Assembly (NCBI GenBank): GCA_963790025.1
Contig: CAWBMP010000004.1
Location: forward strand, 736,001 to 800,000
DNA length: 64,000 nucleotides
DNA from: Nitrospirota bacterium
Lineage (GTDB): Bacteria > Nitrospirota > Thermodesulfovibrionia > Thermodesulfovibrionales > Dissulfurispiraceae
Reading direction: 5' to 3'
Translations under genes and position numbers: made by a program
Part shown: one piece after another, positions 38,103 to 48,353 of the stretch
Layout of the letters: each line of letters starts with the position of its first letter
Position numbering within the stretch: the stretch's first letter is position 1
Notes under the pieces: model-generated
The model's database searches: none
The model's input: the letters and a program-made list of their open reading frames with translations, nothing else
Told to the model about the DNA's origin: nothing

Positions 38103-40301
38103 TTATAACATAGGCGGCATTTCTAATGCCGGATGCGAAACCTTTGTGAGATGCTCCAAAAGTTTTTCCGAATCCTCTGCGATTGACTCATCAGCTATCT
38201 TGTCAAGCAGGTCCGGAACTCCTTCTTCAGCTGCCCTCGCTTTAAAGGCTTCTGCAATCCTTTCCTTAAGAGATGCCGGCATCCAGACAATCCTCTTTAT
38301 TCCGCCGTCGCCATAAAGGAATTTTCTGCTTGTGATGAAGTTCACGCCTACTCCCATAAAGCCTGGAGTCTGGGCCCCGCCGCCCACTGAACCTGCAAAA
38401 GTGGAAAATTTCATGCCGACCGGGGTCATGCCCTGATGTCCTCTGTGGACAAGCATAACTCCATTTGCTTCAGGGATGATTCCGACTATACACTCAAAAC
38501 ATCCGCAGGATGTCATCGGATTTTCCATTATGGTGTACATATTCACAGTTTCCACTGCGCCGGCGGTCGCCTTACTGACGTAATCATCTATACCGGTGAA
38601 ACGTCCCATTTTAGGGTCAAGAACTTCTCCCTTTCTGATCGGCTGGTTGCCGCCTGTCGGGTCTATCTCTTTTGCCGCCTTGCAGTCAAGCCAGTTGAAT
38701 GCGCCGCAAAGGCCAAGCCGTTCCGGTGATACCACGCAAAGATGGCTCGGCGCAAAAGACTGGCAGAGAAGACATGAATAAAAATCTTCTACTGATTCGT
38801 CATTGAGGCCTGACAACCTTGCATCGCGCTCTGCATATGCCGCCCTTGCCTCTTTCAGCTTTTCAGTAACATCTTTTGCATCCAGATATAGAGTGACCTG
38901 GACTTTGTCTACAATAGATTTAAACCTGTGATGCGCCATGGTGGTATGAATGATACCGAGATGCTCGAGTGTGAAACCGGCTTGCTGGGCAGCGTTGCTT
39001 ATCCTTACCCAGTTAACATCTCTCTGCCCCATGTGGAATATTCCCTGGGCCTCGTTGAGGTCTGCATGAATCTTCCTTTCGAGAACAGACTCGAAGTCCT
39101 TCTGCATCTTGCGGCCCGCAACTTCTATAACAATACCAAGCGGCATCCTGCCGCCCTTTGCATATATCTCTTTCCAGTTATCGGGCTTGATGATGACCTT
39201 GTTGTCCTCTATCTCTTCCATTTCCCTCATTACGACCCATTCGAATGCGGGTGTTTTCTGACCGCCCATTTCTGCAAAGGTATCTTCCTTCCTTATCCTC
39301 TCGCCTTCGAATGCAGGGCCGTATGCAACGGGAACAGGGGGTTTTTCAACTGTAATCTTAAGTCCTCTTACCTCGATTGCCTTCTGCACGATCTTGGCAT
39401 GGTCAAATTCCTTATCGACGTGCTCATATGTGCAGACGCCTGTCGGGAGAATAACAGGGACATCCGTGTCGCAGACAGCCGGGAAGCCCATGTTTATTGC
39501 GCCCGCCCCGGTGGCCCACTTTATGTCATCCATTGGGCCAAGGGCTATTGCAAATGCAAAGACCCTGTCTTTCTGGTATAAAAGATGTCCTTTATAATCT
39601 CCGGGTTTCTTGCCGCCGAATATAAGGGAGGCCCTTATCGCCCAGTCGGCAGCGTAAAGAATATGCTCCGTATCAGGACCCAATGGTACAATTCTGGCGT
39701 CCCATCCAAGCTCTATGTTCTTTCTAAGCAGCTGTTTCGTCATGCTGTCGCCATTTGACTGGCCTGCAAGGAACGTGAGTATGTTCTTCTCCTGGAGCTC
39801 TCTCGCTATATTCACAGCAATATCGTCGGTTGGAGCAGCCCCAAGGATACAAGCAAATCCCGGCATCGTGCCATCAACAAGTTGGATGCCCAGATTTCTC
39901 TGAATGGTATCACCTATAAAACCGTTATATACATAACCTGTTTCAGCGTCTTTGCACGGCTCAAGGCCGTTAACATATCTGAGCGCAAGGATTATCTCTT
40001 CTGCAAAAAGTGTGGCCATACCGCAATCAAGCGTCTCCCCAAGGTAGGGAAGCCAGAGCTTATCTGTCGGCTCTTCGTGGAGAAGTTCCCTGGCGTAACG
40101 AAGTCCAACCTCCATATCTCCGAGTGTTTTTACCTTGAAAGTCGTCATTGCGAGTATCATGGGAAGTTGAAAAGCGGTGTCCGGAAACTCAAAGGCATAG
40201 TCCTTTCCCTTTTCAGCTATCGTCTTCTTAAGCATCTCATCTGCGCGGTCAACAAGTGAACGTGCGCCCCTCATAACCGCCGTTGCAATAATCTTAGACA
40301 T
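38103..40301 (-). CDS. acsB: Acetyl-CoA synthase
   Basis: FPDTAF, CLLCQSFAP, GLCGA, PMTSCGCFEC A-cluster motifs. Confidence 0.96.
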   Translation of the reverse strand: MSKIIATAVMRGARSLVDRADEMLKKTIAEKGKDYAFEFPDTAFQLPMILAMTTFKVKTLGDMEVGLRYARELLHEEPTDKLWLPYLGETLDCGMATLFAEEIILALRYVNGLEPCKDAETGYVYNGFIGDTIQRNLGIQLVDGTMPGFACILGAAPTDDIAVNIARELQEKNILTFLAGQSNGDSMTKQLLRKNIELGWDARIVPLGPDTEHILYAADWAIRASLIFGGKKPGDYKGHLLYQKDRVFAFAIALGPMDDIKWATGAGAINMGFPAVCDTDVPVILPTGVCTYEHVDKEFDHAKIVQKAIEVRGLKITVEKPPVPVAYGPAFEGERIRKEDTFAEMGGQKTPAFEWVVMREMEEIEDNKVIIKPDNWKEIYAKGGRMPLGIVIEVAGRKMQKDFESVLERKIHADLNEAQGIFHMGQRDVNWVRISNAAQQAGFTLEHLGIIHTTMAHHRFKSIVDKVQVTLYLDAKDVTEKLKEARAAYAERDARLSGLNDESVEDFYSCLLCQSFAPSHLCVVSPERLGLCGAFNWLDCKAAKEIDPTGGNQPIRKGEVLDPKMGRFTGIDDYVSKATAGAVETVNMYTIMENPMTSCGCFECIVGIIPEANGVMLVHRGHQGMTPVGMKFSTFAGSVGGGAQTPGFMGVGVNFITSRKFLYGDGGIKRIVWMPASLKERIAEAFKARAAEEGVPDLLDKIADESIAEDSEKLLEHLTKVSHPALEMPPML

Positions 40302-40361
40302 AACTCAAACCTCCTGACATTAGTTTTTAAAAGTCAAACTGCGACTGTACTTTACCGCACT

Positions 40362-41699
40362 TTACCGCGCCTTTAAAAAGACGGGCAATCCGTTAGCCTC
40401 TCTCGGGCCCACTGTAATTTTCCAGCCCGGGAGTTTTTCTTCAAGCGAACCGCTCAATATCGACGTATATCCGGGGATAATAAGCTCTTTATGGCTTATC
40501 TCCTTCTCCACACCGCATTCCTGGATAAACGCAGCTATCTTGGATGCGTTAAATTTACCGGCGGCCCATCCTGTAAGCACTGACAATCCCTCGGTATCCA
40601 GCACGGCAAGCCTCACCGGGACCTTGCTGCCCTCGATCTCTCCGGAAACTATAAAATAGGTGAGAGAGAAGTTTGAGGTGATGAGCAAAGGAGCATCTGC
40701 AGACGGAGTGCCGATTTTATAAACGGCCTGCGGGACCTGCAACGGGACCTGTGGATTTGTATATATATTTTGCCTGAGTGCAAACAGGGCGAGACTTTTC
40801 CACTTGTCGATGCCGCTCAAAACTACGATAGAAGCATATTTCGTTATCCCGAGAGAAGCGATGAGGGTTTCCAGCATAGCATCATCCCTTTGAGCAAATG
40901 TGATTACAGGGTACCCTACCGACTTGTTGCCTTTCTTGAGTGCGGCCCTTCTGATATATGTATTGTCCCGGATAATTTCTTTGGCGGTACGCGCGCCCGG
41001 GTCCAGCACCATGTCGTCAACTCCGAGAGCTTTAATCTTATCGGTAAGCGCTGTCAAACCGTCCATATCTTTGGCGGCTACGCCGAGAGATACCTTATGG
41101 GTCTTGGCAATTTTTGCCATTGCATCAGCATTGGAATCATTTGCACCGTAAAGAAGCGGCTTTTTGCCTTCCACAGCCTTAACCGCCGCCTCTGCAGCTG
41201 CCGGATCGGTCGTGGAAAGTATCAGGGGTACTGCCGGCGCTTTTGCCGCGATGGCCTTTACAACACCCTCAAATTTCCCCGCATCGCCTGAAACATTACT
41301 TACAAATATCGCGTCGATCCTGAGCTTCTGTCCGACCCTGTCAATCTCCGAATCGAGTACCTGATCAACAATCTTGTTTATTTCATCGCCGGACATGGAA
41401 TCTTTTACTTCCACGGCAAAGGCACACGGGTTAACAAACGTCTTGTCATGCCTGAACAGAACGGTTTCTTCACCCATTTTTACAGCTTTGTCTCCGGTCC
41501 CAAGTGTAACAGGTCTTATCGGAGGGGCTGAGGCCTCACCGAGTATCTTTTTTGCCTCTTCGGAGACATCGGGGCAGGAATCGAGAGAAACCTGCCTCTG
41601 GGCAAGTTTCATCGCAAAAGCAAGACATGTCGGATGACCGCACTTCTTGCAATTGGTTTTTGGAAGCATTTTAAATATCTCAACGCCGGATAATGCCAT
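40362..41699 (-). CDS. acsC: Corrinoid iron-sulfur protein large subunit
   Basis: LPKTNCKKCGHPTCLAFAM...CP, NFSLTYF, GLSVLT, VGPREA. Confidence 0.95.
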   Translation of the reverse strand: MALSGVEIFKMLPKTNCKKCGHPTCLAFAMKLAQRQVSLDSCPDVSEEAKKILGEASAPPIRPVTLGTGDKAVKMGEETVLFRHDKTFVNPCAFAVEVKDSMSGDEINKIVDQVLDSEIDRVGQKLRIDAIFVSNVSGDAGKFEGVVKAIAAKAPAVPLILSTTDPAAAEAAVKAVEGKKPLLYGANDSNADAMAKIAKTHKVSLGVAAKDMDGLTALTDKIKALGVDDMVLDPGARTAKEIIRDNTYIRRAALKKGNKSVGYPVITFAQRDDAMLETLIASLGITKYASIVVLSGIDKWKSLALFALRQNIYTNPQVPLQVPQAVYKIGTPSADAPLLITSNFSLTYFIVSGEIEGSKVPVRLAVLDTEGLSVLTGWAAGKFNASKIAAFIQECGVEKEISHKELIIPGYTSILSGSLEEKLPGWKITVGPREANGLPVFLKAR

Positions 41700-41711
41700 T
41701 TTATACCTCCC

Positions 41712-42650
41712 TTACATTAATTCATCAATGAATTTTTCTACAGCCTTAATTGCCTCTGGATGCCTCATGATCAAAAGCTCCGCGCCGGCGATCATAAGTG
41801 CACTCGCTGTCACGGCTTCCCACGCTATTGCCCGCGGCTCAAGTGCGCCGCCAATAGGAAGTTCTTCTTCGGTAGCGGCAGTCTCTTTGGCCTTCCATAC
41901 ATTCATTCCGACATCGCCGAGCATAGGTGTCTGCATAGTGACATCATTCTGGGTCAAGGCGGCAAGCCTAATCCTCTCCATAACCGAATACGTATAATCC
42001 AGTCCATATCCGAGTGCCGAACACATAGGATCAGTAACCAGTCTCTCTTTGTCAAAACCCATTTGTGTTACCAGGATATTGAGCTGTTTGGAAAGATTGA
42101 TATCGAGCTGCGACATTGCTACAAGTTTAAGATTGTTAGCCAAACATGCTGCAGAGATCGTTTTATAGTTTTCTTCCTGGGCCTTTCCTATAAAACAATT
42201 CTTGTCCTTGGCTGCCTCGGCTGCTGCGACCAATATGGCGGTATCTTTTTCAATATGGTTGCTGCCGAGAATTATTAAAGGAATCTTAATTGCGGCAAGT
42301 ACCTCTTTTACTGTCTTGGCAGCATCTTCCGGGGAGCGGTTCGCCCCGTCGGGATGGGTGCCTATCAGCCTGAGTGCTATTGCCTTTGCATTCAGTTTGT
42401 CCTGGCAATGTTTTGCCCATGTGACAGGATCACCTGAAACCCCTTCATATGCCTTTTTAACGGTTTCCGGCCAGTCATCCGGCGGGACGTCCTGGATCTC
42501 ATAAGCCACAACGGGTTTGTTGGGAATGATCCCGTCAAATGCACAAAAAGGAAGTACATTCTCTCCACCAAAAACAATGGTCTTGTCCATCCCTGCATCA
42601 ATTTGATAAACCTTGCCAGCATAAGTCTCATTAGGTGCTGTAAATGCCAT
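41712..42650 (-). CDS. acsD: Corrinoid iron-sulfur protein small subunit
   Basis: GGENVLPF, DINLSKQLN, ALGYGLDYTYSVMERIRLAAL, MRHP. Confidence 0.95.
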   Translation of the reverse strand: MAFTAPNETYAGKVYQIDAGMDKTIVFGGENVLPFCAFDGIIPNKPVVAYEIQDVPPDDWPETVKKAYEGVSGDPVTWAKHCQDKLNAKAIALRLIGTHPDGANRSPEDAAKTVKEVLAAIKIPLIILGSNHIEKDTAILVAAAEAAKDKNCFIGKAQEENYKTISAACLANNLKLVAMSQLDINLSKQLNILVTQMGFDKERLVTDPMCSALGYGLDYTYSVMERIRLAALTQNDVTMQTPMLGDVGMNVWKAKETAATEEELPIGGALEPRAIAWEAVTASALMIAGAELLIMRHPEAIKAVEKFIDELM

Positions 42651-42712
42651 ATATACCTCCGTTTTTTAAGGTTAGAGGATAGAGGATAGACCTCGGACCT
42701 CAAACGCATTTT

Positions 42713-43495
42713 TTACATTTCCAAATACGAATGAGCATAAAGCGTCCTGTTCATGAGTATATCTACAGTCTTTGCAGTTTCGTTGACCTCTGCAGCATCG
42801 GCAATTGCGGCAGTCAGGCCTTCATACAATAACAACGTAAGTAAATGTTTGTTCATTATATGCCGGAGCGGTTTCGGCATGCCGTTCGATATATTGCTCA
42901 ATCCAACCACTGTCTTCATCGGAGGATCGTTCAACTCCTGAAACATCTTGACAGATTGTATTACTTTTAATGCCTGGTCCTGGGTAGTCGCTATCTGGAG
43001 AACGAGCGGATCGAGATACAGGTCTTCAACCGGCATGCCATATTCCATTGCCCTTCCCATTATCTCTGATGCTATCCCGGCCCTTTCTTCGGCATCGGCC
43101 GGGAGACCGCCTTTGCCAACAGTAAGTCCGATTAATTGTGAATTGTATTTTACGGCAACCTCCATGATTGGGAACCTTTCGGGATCATTGGAGGTGGAAT
43201 TAATCAGAGGCCTGCCCCATTCATTATTATGGACTTTTAGTCCGGCCTCGATGGCCTTGACATTTGTGGTGTCAAGACAAACTGGCAACTTAACTACTTC
43301 CTGGATGGTCGTCACCATCCACTCCATCATTTTCTCTCCACCGTCCTCCGCAGGGCCAATATTGGCATCAATCATACCGGAACCTTCTTTCCATTGCCGG
43401 ATTGCAATTTCCTGAATAGGCCCTTTGTCGAACTTCATCATTGCTTCACGTACTCTTTTGGCTATGATACTCAGCTTCTCCCCGATAATCAGCAT
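42713..43495 (-). CDS. acsE: Methyltetrahydrofolate:corrinoid Fe-S protein methyltransferase
   Basis: MLIIGE, CLDTTN, LINST, LDPLVL, GLSNISN pterin-binding motifs; SD AAGGAG. Confidence 0.9.
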   Translation of the reverse strand: MLIIGEKLSIIAKRVREAMMKFDKGPIQEIAIRQWKEGSGMIDANIGPAEDGGEKMMEWMVTTIQEVVKLPVCLDTTNVKAIEAGLKVHNNEWGRPLINSTSNDPERFPIMEVAVKYNSQLIGLTVGKGGLPADAEERAGIASEIMGRAMEYGMPVEDLYLDPLVLQIATTQDQALKVIQSVKMFQELNDPPMKTVVGLSNISNGMPKPLRHIMNKHLLTLLLYEGLTAAIADAAEVNETAKTVDILMNRTLYAHSYLEM

Positions 43496-43685
43496 ACATA
43501 TCTCTCCTTTCGATAAGAAATTCAATATAAAGACACAATATGTACATTAGTCTAAATAGCCAGACCAAGTAAAGATGCTGAGCCATTTATTCTTTTAATA
43601 TTATTATTGTATTTTATTTATGTATCTCCTTAATAATAAATATAAAAAATAATAAATTGTCCTTTTTTACAACGAGTTGCTGTTT

Positions 43686-44453
43686 TTAAGGTATATTTAA
43701 TGACATCAAAATTCCGAACAGTGCCTGAACAGATTTTGCTTCTTCGGGAAGCTTAAATACGGGCTTCCCCTCAAGGTCAGATTTAAAGATTGCCTCATCT
43801 TGCGGGACCAGGCCCGCCACGTTGATGCCGGCCTTTTCCGCCATGGCCTTCAGTTCCTCCCCCTCGTATCCGATTACTCTATTGATAATCAGTACCCTGC
43901 GCTCCACTTCAAGCTGCAGTTCATCGACGAGTTTATTAATCCTATCTGCAGTCAACACCCCTTTTACCGTAGGGTCGCTTACAATGATCAGCAAATCCAC
44001 CTTGTGGGTGGTCCGCCGGCTCAAGTGCTCCATCCCGGCCTCGTTATCGATGACTACGTAGGGATATTTGTCGGACAACAGATCGGTATATTTTCTTATT
44101 ATATTATTCGCGCCGCAGTAGCAACCGGGACCTTCGGGCCTCCCCATCACCATCAGATCAAACCCGTCAGCCTCGATCAGAGACTGCTGCACCTGATAAT
44201 CGAAAAGCTGTTCCATTGACATTCCGCCGGGCCTTTCGCCGCCCCCTCTCACCGCCTCAAGAGACACTTCCCGGAGACCACCGATCGTCGCATGCACTGC
44301 AACGCCGAGCGCCTCGTTCAGACAGGCGTTGCTGTCCGCGTCAACCGCAAGGACGGGCCCGCTCCTTTTTTCAAGCAGGTATTTCACCACCAGTCCTGCA
44401 AGACTCGTTTTACCTGTACCACCTTTTCCAGCAAACGCAATTGTAAAAGCCAT
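43686..44453 (-). CDS. cooC: CooC/AcsF nickel-insertion ATPase
   Basis: AGKGGTGKT, DAD, GPGCYC, DNEAGMEH.SR; SD AAGGAGG before ATG 44453. Confidence 0.92.
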   Translation of the reverse strand: MAFTIAFAGKGGTGKTSLAGLVVKYLLEKRSGPVLAVDADSNACLNEALGVAVHATIGGLREVSLEAVRGGGERPGGMSMEQLFDYQVQQSLIEADGFDLMVMGRPEGPGCYCGANNIIRKYTDLLSDKYPYVVIDNEAGMEHLSRRTTHKVDLLIIVSDPTVKGVLTADRINKLVDELQLEVERRVLIINRVIGYEGEELKAMAEKAGINVAGLVPQDEAIFKSDLEGKPVFKLPEEAKSVQALFGILMSLNIP

Positions 44454-44484
44454 TTGAAACCTCCTTGCATGGCTAACTAAAGCT

Positions 44485-44670
44485 AAGTGTAATGAAGGAT
44501 GTGTCTCTGGAGCGAATCGCGGAGTCTTGGTAACATTTCTCGGTGAAGTGAGGGTTAAACAGTCGCAATGTCTGAGCCCCGAGGGCGAGTTTTGCGACTG
44601 TAGCGAATGAGCCATTAGAACTGTCAAGACGCAGCGTCTGAGCGCAAGAGACATATCCTTCATTACACTT
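44485..44670. mobile_element. 186-bp MITE-like element with 24-bp terminal inverted repeats
   Basis: AAGTGTAATGAAGGATGTGTCTCT vs reverse complement of AGAGACATATCCTTCATTACACTT (23/24); internal CAGTCGCAA/TTGCGACTG stem. Confidence 0.75.
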
Positions 44671-44684
44671 CCGAATTTCAGCCA

Positions 44685-45329
44685 TTATATTTTTTTTAAA
44701 ATTCCTGCTAATTCTTCCATTTTGTTAATAATAAAATCCGCCCCGCGCAACACGTCCAGCGGTCTGTACCCGTATGTTACTGCTACGGTTTTTATTCCGG
44801 CCGCCTTTCCTGCTTCAATGTCATAATTGCTGTCGCCCACAATTACAGCCTCCTCTGGAGATATGCCTAGTTTCGATAAAACATATCGAATGGGCATTGG
44901 GGATGGCTTCCTTTCTATTGTAGTGTCGCTCCCTACGATCACATCGAGATATGCCGAAAGCCCCAATTTTTCCAAAATCCTTGTTGAAAGAGACTCCCGT
45001 TTATTGGAAATAACAGCCTTACGGCAGGTGGACATTTGTGCCAGCACCTCCCGAACGCCGGGGTAAACCGTAGTATTATCAGTAAGATGTGCAGAATAAT
45101 AGTCAAGGAACCGCTCTATCAGCAAGTCCTTGTCAGCATTGATTCTTTCCTTTTCAATAATCCTCTTCATAAGGCTTGAAATGCCTTCTCCGAGGAGGCC
45201 TATTGTTTCCTGCACTGTAATGGGCTTAACCCCGTATGGCCCGACCGCGTAATTGATTGCATTGGCAATATCGGCGCTTGAGTCTATCAGAGTACCGTCA
45301 AGATCGAATATGACTAGTTTGAGGGACAT
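44685..45329 (-). CDS. gph: HAD family hydrolase, phosphoglycolate phosphatase-like
   Basis: FDLDGTLIDS, SNK, KPSP, VGDS..D motifs. Confidence 0.8.
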   Translation of the reverse strand: MSLKLVIFDLDGTLIDSSADIANAINYAVGPYGVKPITVQETIGLLGEGISSLMKRIIEKERINADKDLLIERFLDYYSAHLTDNTTVYPGVREVLAQMSTCRKAVISNKRESLSTRILEKLGLSAYLDVIVGSDTTIERKPSPMPIRYVLSKLGISPEEAVIVGDSNYDIEAGKAAGIKTVAVTYGYRPLDVLRGADFIINKMEELAGILKKI

Positions 45330-45421
45330 TTATATATGTTAATAAAAAACGCCGAAAAAGCTCAAATGAATTTTATTAACCTTTTGATTAACATTACAGA
45401 TGCGGTAGAATATATGTTGTT

Positions 45422-46744
45422 ATGGATAAACTTATTATCGTAGGCGGCGGTCTGGCAGGTTGCGAGGCTGCATGGCAGGCAGCTCAACAGGGCGTTCAGG
45501 TGCTGCTCTTCGAAATGCGGCCTGAAAAGACGACCGGGGCGCACAGAACACCGTTCCTTGGAGAGCTTGTTTGTTCCAATTCTCTCAGGTCACGGGAGAT
45601 CGTTACAGGTCCCGGACTTCTGAAAAAGGAACTGGAGATCGCCGGTTCGCTCATAATGAATGCAGCACACGCCTCTGAGGTGCCGGCAGGGTCTGCCCTG
45701 GCAGTGGACAGGACAATTTTTTCACAACATATTACCGAAGCACTGGAAAAGCATGGCAACATTTCCGTAATCAGGGAGGAGATTACAAGTATCCCCGATT
45801 CGCCTGCCATTATAGCGACAGGGCCTCTCACTTCAGATGGCATGGCTGATGCTCTCAAGGCCCTCATAGGGGGAGAACACCTTTATTTTTACGATGCTAT
45901 TGCACCTATGATCGATGCAGGCAGTATAGACCATTCAATAGCCTATCTTGCCTCCCGATACGGAAAAGGCGGAGATGATTACGTGAACTGCCCCATGTCG
46001 GAAGATGAATATCTAAGTTTTTACCGTGCACTCAGAGATGCCGACTCGGTGCACAAGAAGGATTTTGAAGATGCAAAGGTTTTCGAGGGGTGCATGCCGG
46101 TTGAGGTCATGGCTGAAAGGGGAGTGGACACGCTCAGGTTCGGTCCCCTCAAACCAGTAGGCCTGCCGGACCCGAAAAAGGGCGAAATACCATACGCCGT
46201 TGTACAATTGAGGACCGAAAACAGGCAGAGATCGGCATATAACATGGTCGGCTTTCAAACAAGGCTAAAGTGGCCGGCACAGAAAAAAGTATTCACTATG
46301 ATTCCGGGGCTGCAACACGCTGAATTTTTGCGGTTCGGGAGCATGCACCGGAACACCTATATTAATGCTCCGCTGTACCTTAATCCCGACCTCTCCCTGA
46401 AAGTGAAAGACAGACTGTATCTTGCCGGACAAATCACCGGGGTTGAGGGCTATATAGAATCGACTGCAATGGGCCTTCTCGCAGGCCTCAATGCTGCAAG
46501 AAAAATACTGGGCAAAGATACGCTCTATCCGCCGCAAGTTTCCGCGCACGGCTCACTGATAGAGCATATCACTGCTTCCGCTGCTGCCGGTTTTCAGCCC
46601 AGCAACATCAATTTCGGTCTTATTCCGGCTGTTAAACAGCCTGCAATAAAAGATAAAAAACTTCGGCGGAAAATGACTGCCGAGATTGCATTAAAAAAAT
46701 GGTCAGAGTATATTAATTTAATAAAAGACACAGGTATAGATTAG
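45422..46744 (+). CDS. trmFO: Folate-dependent tRNA (uracil-5-)-methyltransferase
   Basis: GGGLAGCEAA, ELVCSNSL, FYDAIAP, FEGCMP, MHRNTY, AGQITGVEGY. Confidence 0.96.
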   Translation: MDKLIIVGGGLAGCEAAWQAAQQGVQVLLFEMRPEKTTGAHRTPFLGELVCSNSLRSREIVTGPGLLKKELEIAGSLIMNAAHASEVPAGSALAVDRTIFSQHITEALEKHGNISVIREEITSIPDSPAIIATGPLTSDGMADALKALIGGEHLYFYDAIAPMIDAGSIDHSIAYLASRYGKGGDDYVNCPMSEDEYLSFYRALRDADSVHKKDFEDAKVFEGCMPVEVMAERGVDTLRFGPLKPVGLPDPKKGEIPYAVVQLRTENRQRSAYNMVGFQTRLKWPAQKKVFTMIPGLQHAEFLRFGSMHRNTYINAPLYLNPDLSLKVKDRLYLAGQITGVEGYIESTAMGLLAGLNAARKILGKDTLYPPQVSAHGSLIEHITASAAAGFQPSNINFGLIPAVKQPAIKDKKLRRKMTAEIALKKWSEYINLIKDTGID

Positions 46745-46830
46745 GAAAGGAAAAGGTAGAGGTAAAGAAAAGAAACAGATAGAAAACACTTTGTCTTACT
46801 AACCTATACCTTTACCTATTCCTCTGCCTT
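46745..46830. repeat. Short-period inverted repeat (AGGTAGAGGTA ... TACCTTTACCT)
   Basis: Purine-rich left arm and pyrimidine-rich right arm between trmFO and xerC. Confidence 0.5.
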
Positions 46831-46846
46831 ATCTTTAAGGAGTGCA

Positions 46847-47764
46847 ATGACTGACGAAGGATTGGGACTTTATATAAAAAATTTTCTCAAATACCTCGAT
46901 TTGGAGCGGGGAGCTTCCGTACATACAATCAGGGCATATGAACAGGATTTGAAGGAGTTCAATCAATACTGCGCTGCTGACCCGGCGCAGGTAGATATGA
47001 TCGACATAAGGGGATTTGTTTCAGATCGCATTATGGCCGGGAAGGAAAGATCCACTGTTGCACGGAAGCTCGCAACGCTCAGATCTTTTTTCAACTACCT
47101 GTACAGAGAAGGATATATCACGATCAATCAGGCCAAACTCGTGCCTACTCCAAAGGCTGCCAGACACTTGCCTAATTTCCTGTCTGTCGACGACGCATTC
47201 AATCTCGTCCAAACCCCGGAGGGCTTCGGACTCCTGCCTGTCAGGGACCGGGCCATCCTTGAATTGCTCTATTCGAGCGGCCTGCGCGTAAGCGAAGTGG
47301 CAGGCCTTACTACCGACGATATAAATCTGAAAGAGTGTCTTGTCAAAGCACGCGGGAAAGGGAAAAAGGAACGGATCGTTCCGATCGGAAATAAAGCTGT
47401 CGATGCCCTGAAATCGTATCTCTTGGAAAGAATGCTCTTTAAGAAAAGAAAACACGCTGATTGGAGCAATGCGGCCTTTTTTCTTAACCGAAACGGTGGA
47501 CGGCTCACCGACCGCCAGATACGGCGCATCGTGGTAAAATATGCCCGCGCTATTGGCATCGAGGGCCAGATAGGTCCTCACACCCTGCGTCATACCTTTG
47601 CTACGCACTTATTAATAGGGGGGGCGGACCTGCGCTCTATCCAAGAATTGCTCGGCCATTCTTCACTTTCGACAACACAAAAGTACACGCATCTCGACAT
47701 CGGTCATTTAATAGATGTCTATGATAAAGCTCACCCCTTCGGGGATAATTCAAGTAAAAAGTGA
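46847..47764 (+). CDS. xerC: Tyrosine recombinase XerC
   Basis: [35 protein letters not shown]; trmFO-xerC-hslVU context. Confidence 0.92.
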   Translation: MTDEGLGLYIKNFLKYLDLERGASVHTIRAYEQDLKEFNQYCAADPAQVDMIDIRGFVSDRIMAGKERSTVARKLATLRSFFNYLYREGYITINQAKLVPTPKAARHLPNFLSVDDAFNLVQTPEGFGLLPVRDRAILELLYSSGLRVSEVAGLTTDDINLKECLVKARGKGKKERIVPIGNKAVDALKSYLLERMLFKKRKHADWSNAAFFLNRNGGRLTDRQIRRIVVKYARAIGIEGQIGPHTLRHTFATHLLIGGADLRSIQELLGHSSLSTTQKYTHLDIGHLIDVYDKAHPFGDNSSKK

Positions 47765-47819
47765 AGGGAGAAAATATTATCTTTGTTCATTGACTTTTTA
47801 CTTTTTTAAGGGGGTTTAT

Positions 47820-48353
47820 ATGTTTCACGGGACAACGATTTTATGCCTGAGGAAAAATAACAGCGTTGCCATCGCAAGTGACGGACAAGTAACTATGGGC
47901 AATACTGTGTTGAAACATAATGCCAGAAAAATAAGAAAGATGTATAATGATAAAATTCTGGCCGGTTTTGCAGGCGCGACCGCAGATGCATTTACACTTT
48001 TTGAGAAGTTTGAGGAAAAGCTCGAGACCTACCGCGGGAATATTACAAGGGCTGCGGTTGAACTGGCAAAGGATTGGAGGACCGACAAAATGCTGCGAAG
48101 GCTTGAAGCGCTGCTCCTTGTAGCGGACGAGGAACATACCTTCATCATCTCCGGCACGGGTGATGTAATAGAACCCGAGGGAGGAGTGGCTGCAATAGGA
48201 TCGGGCGGTCCTTTTGCACAGTCTGCTGCACTGGCCCTTTACGAAAATACTGAACTCCCTGTTTCGGAAATAGTGAGAAAAGCAATGGAAATAGCGGCTG
48301 ATATATGTATTTATACCAACAAGAACATTTCAATCGAGGAACTCAATGGATAA
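47820..48353 (+). CDS. hslV: ATP-dependent protease subunit HslV
   Basis: MFHGTTI (N-terminal Thr), [21 protein letters not shown]. Confidence 0.97.
   Translation: MFHGTTILCLRKNNSVAIASDGQVTMGNTVLKHNARKIRKMYNDKILAGFAGATADAFTLFEKFEEKLETYRGNITRAAVELAKDWRTDKMLRRLEALLLVADEEHTFIISGTGDVIEPEGGVAAIGSGGPFAQSAALALYENTELPVSEIVRKAMEIAADICIYTNKNISIEELNG

Noticed and set aside
43657..43672. TTGT-N8-ACAA palindrome upstream of acsE as a Rex operator
   Set aside because: Length and core do not fit TTGTGAA-N4-TTCACAA; expected by chance in AT-rich DNA
46847..47764. Tyrosine recombinase as an island or prophage integrase
   Set aside because: Sequence and trmFO-xerC-hslVU context indicate housekeeping XerC
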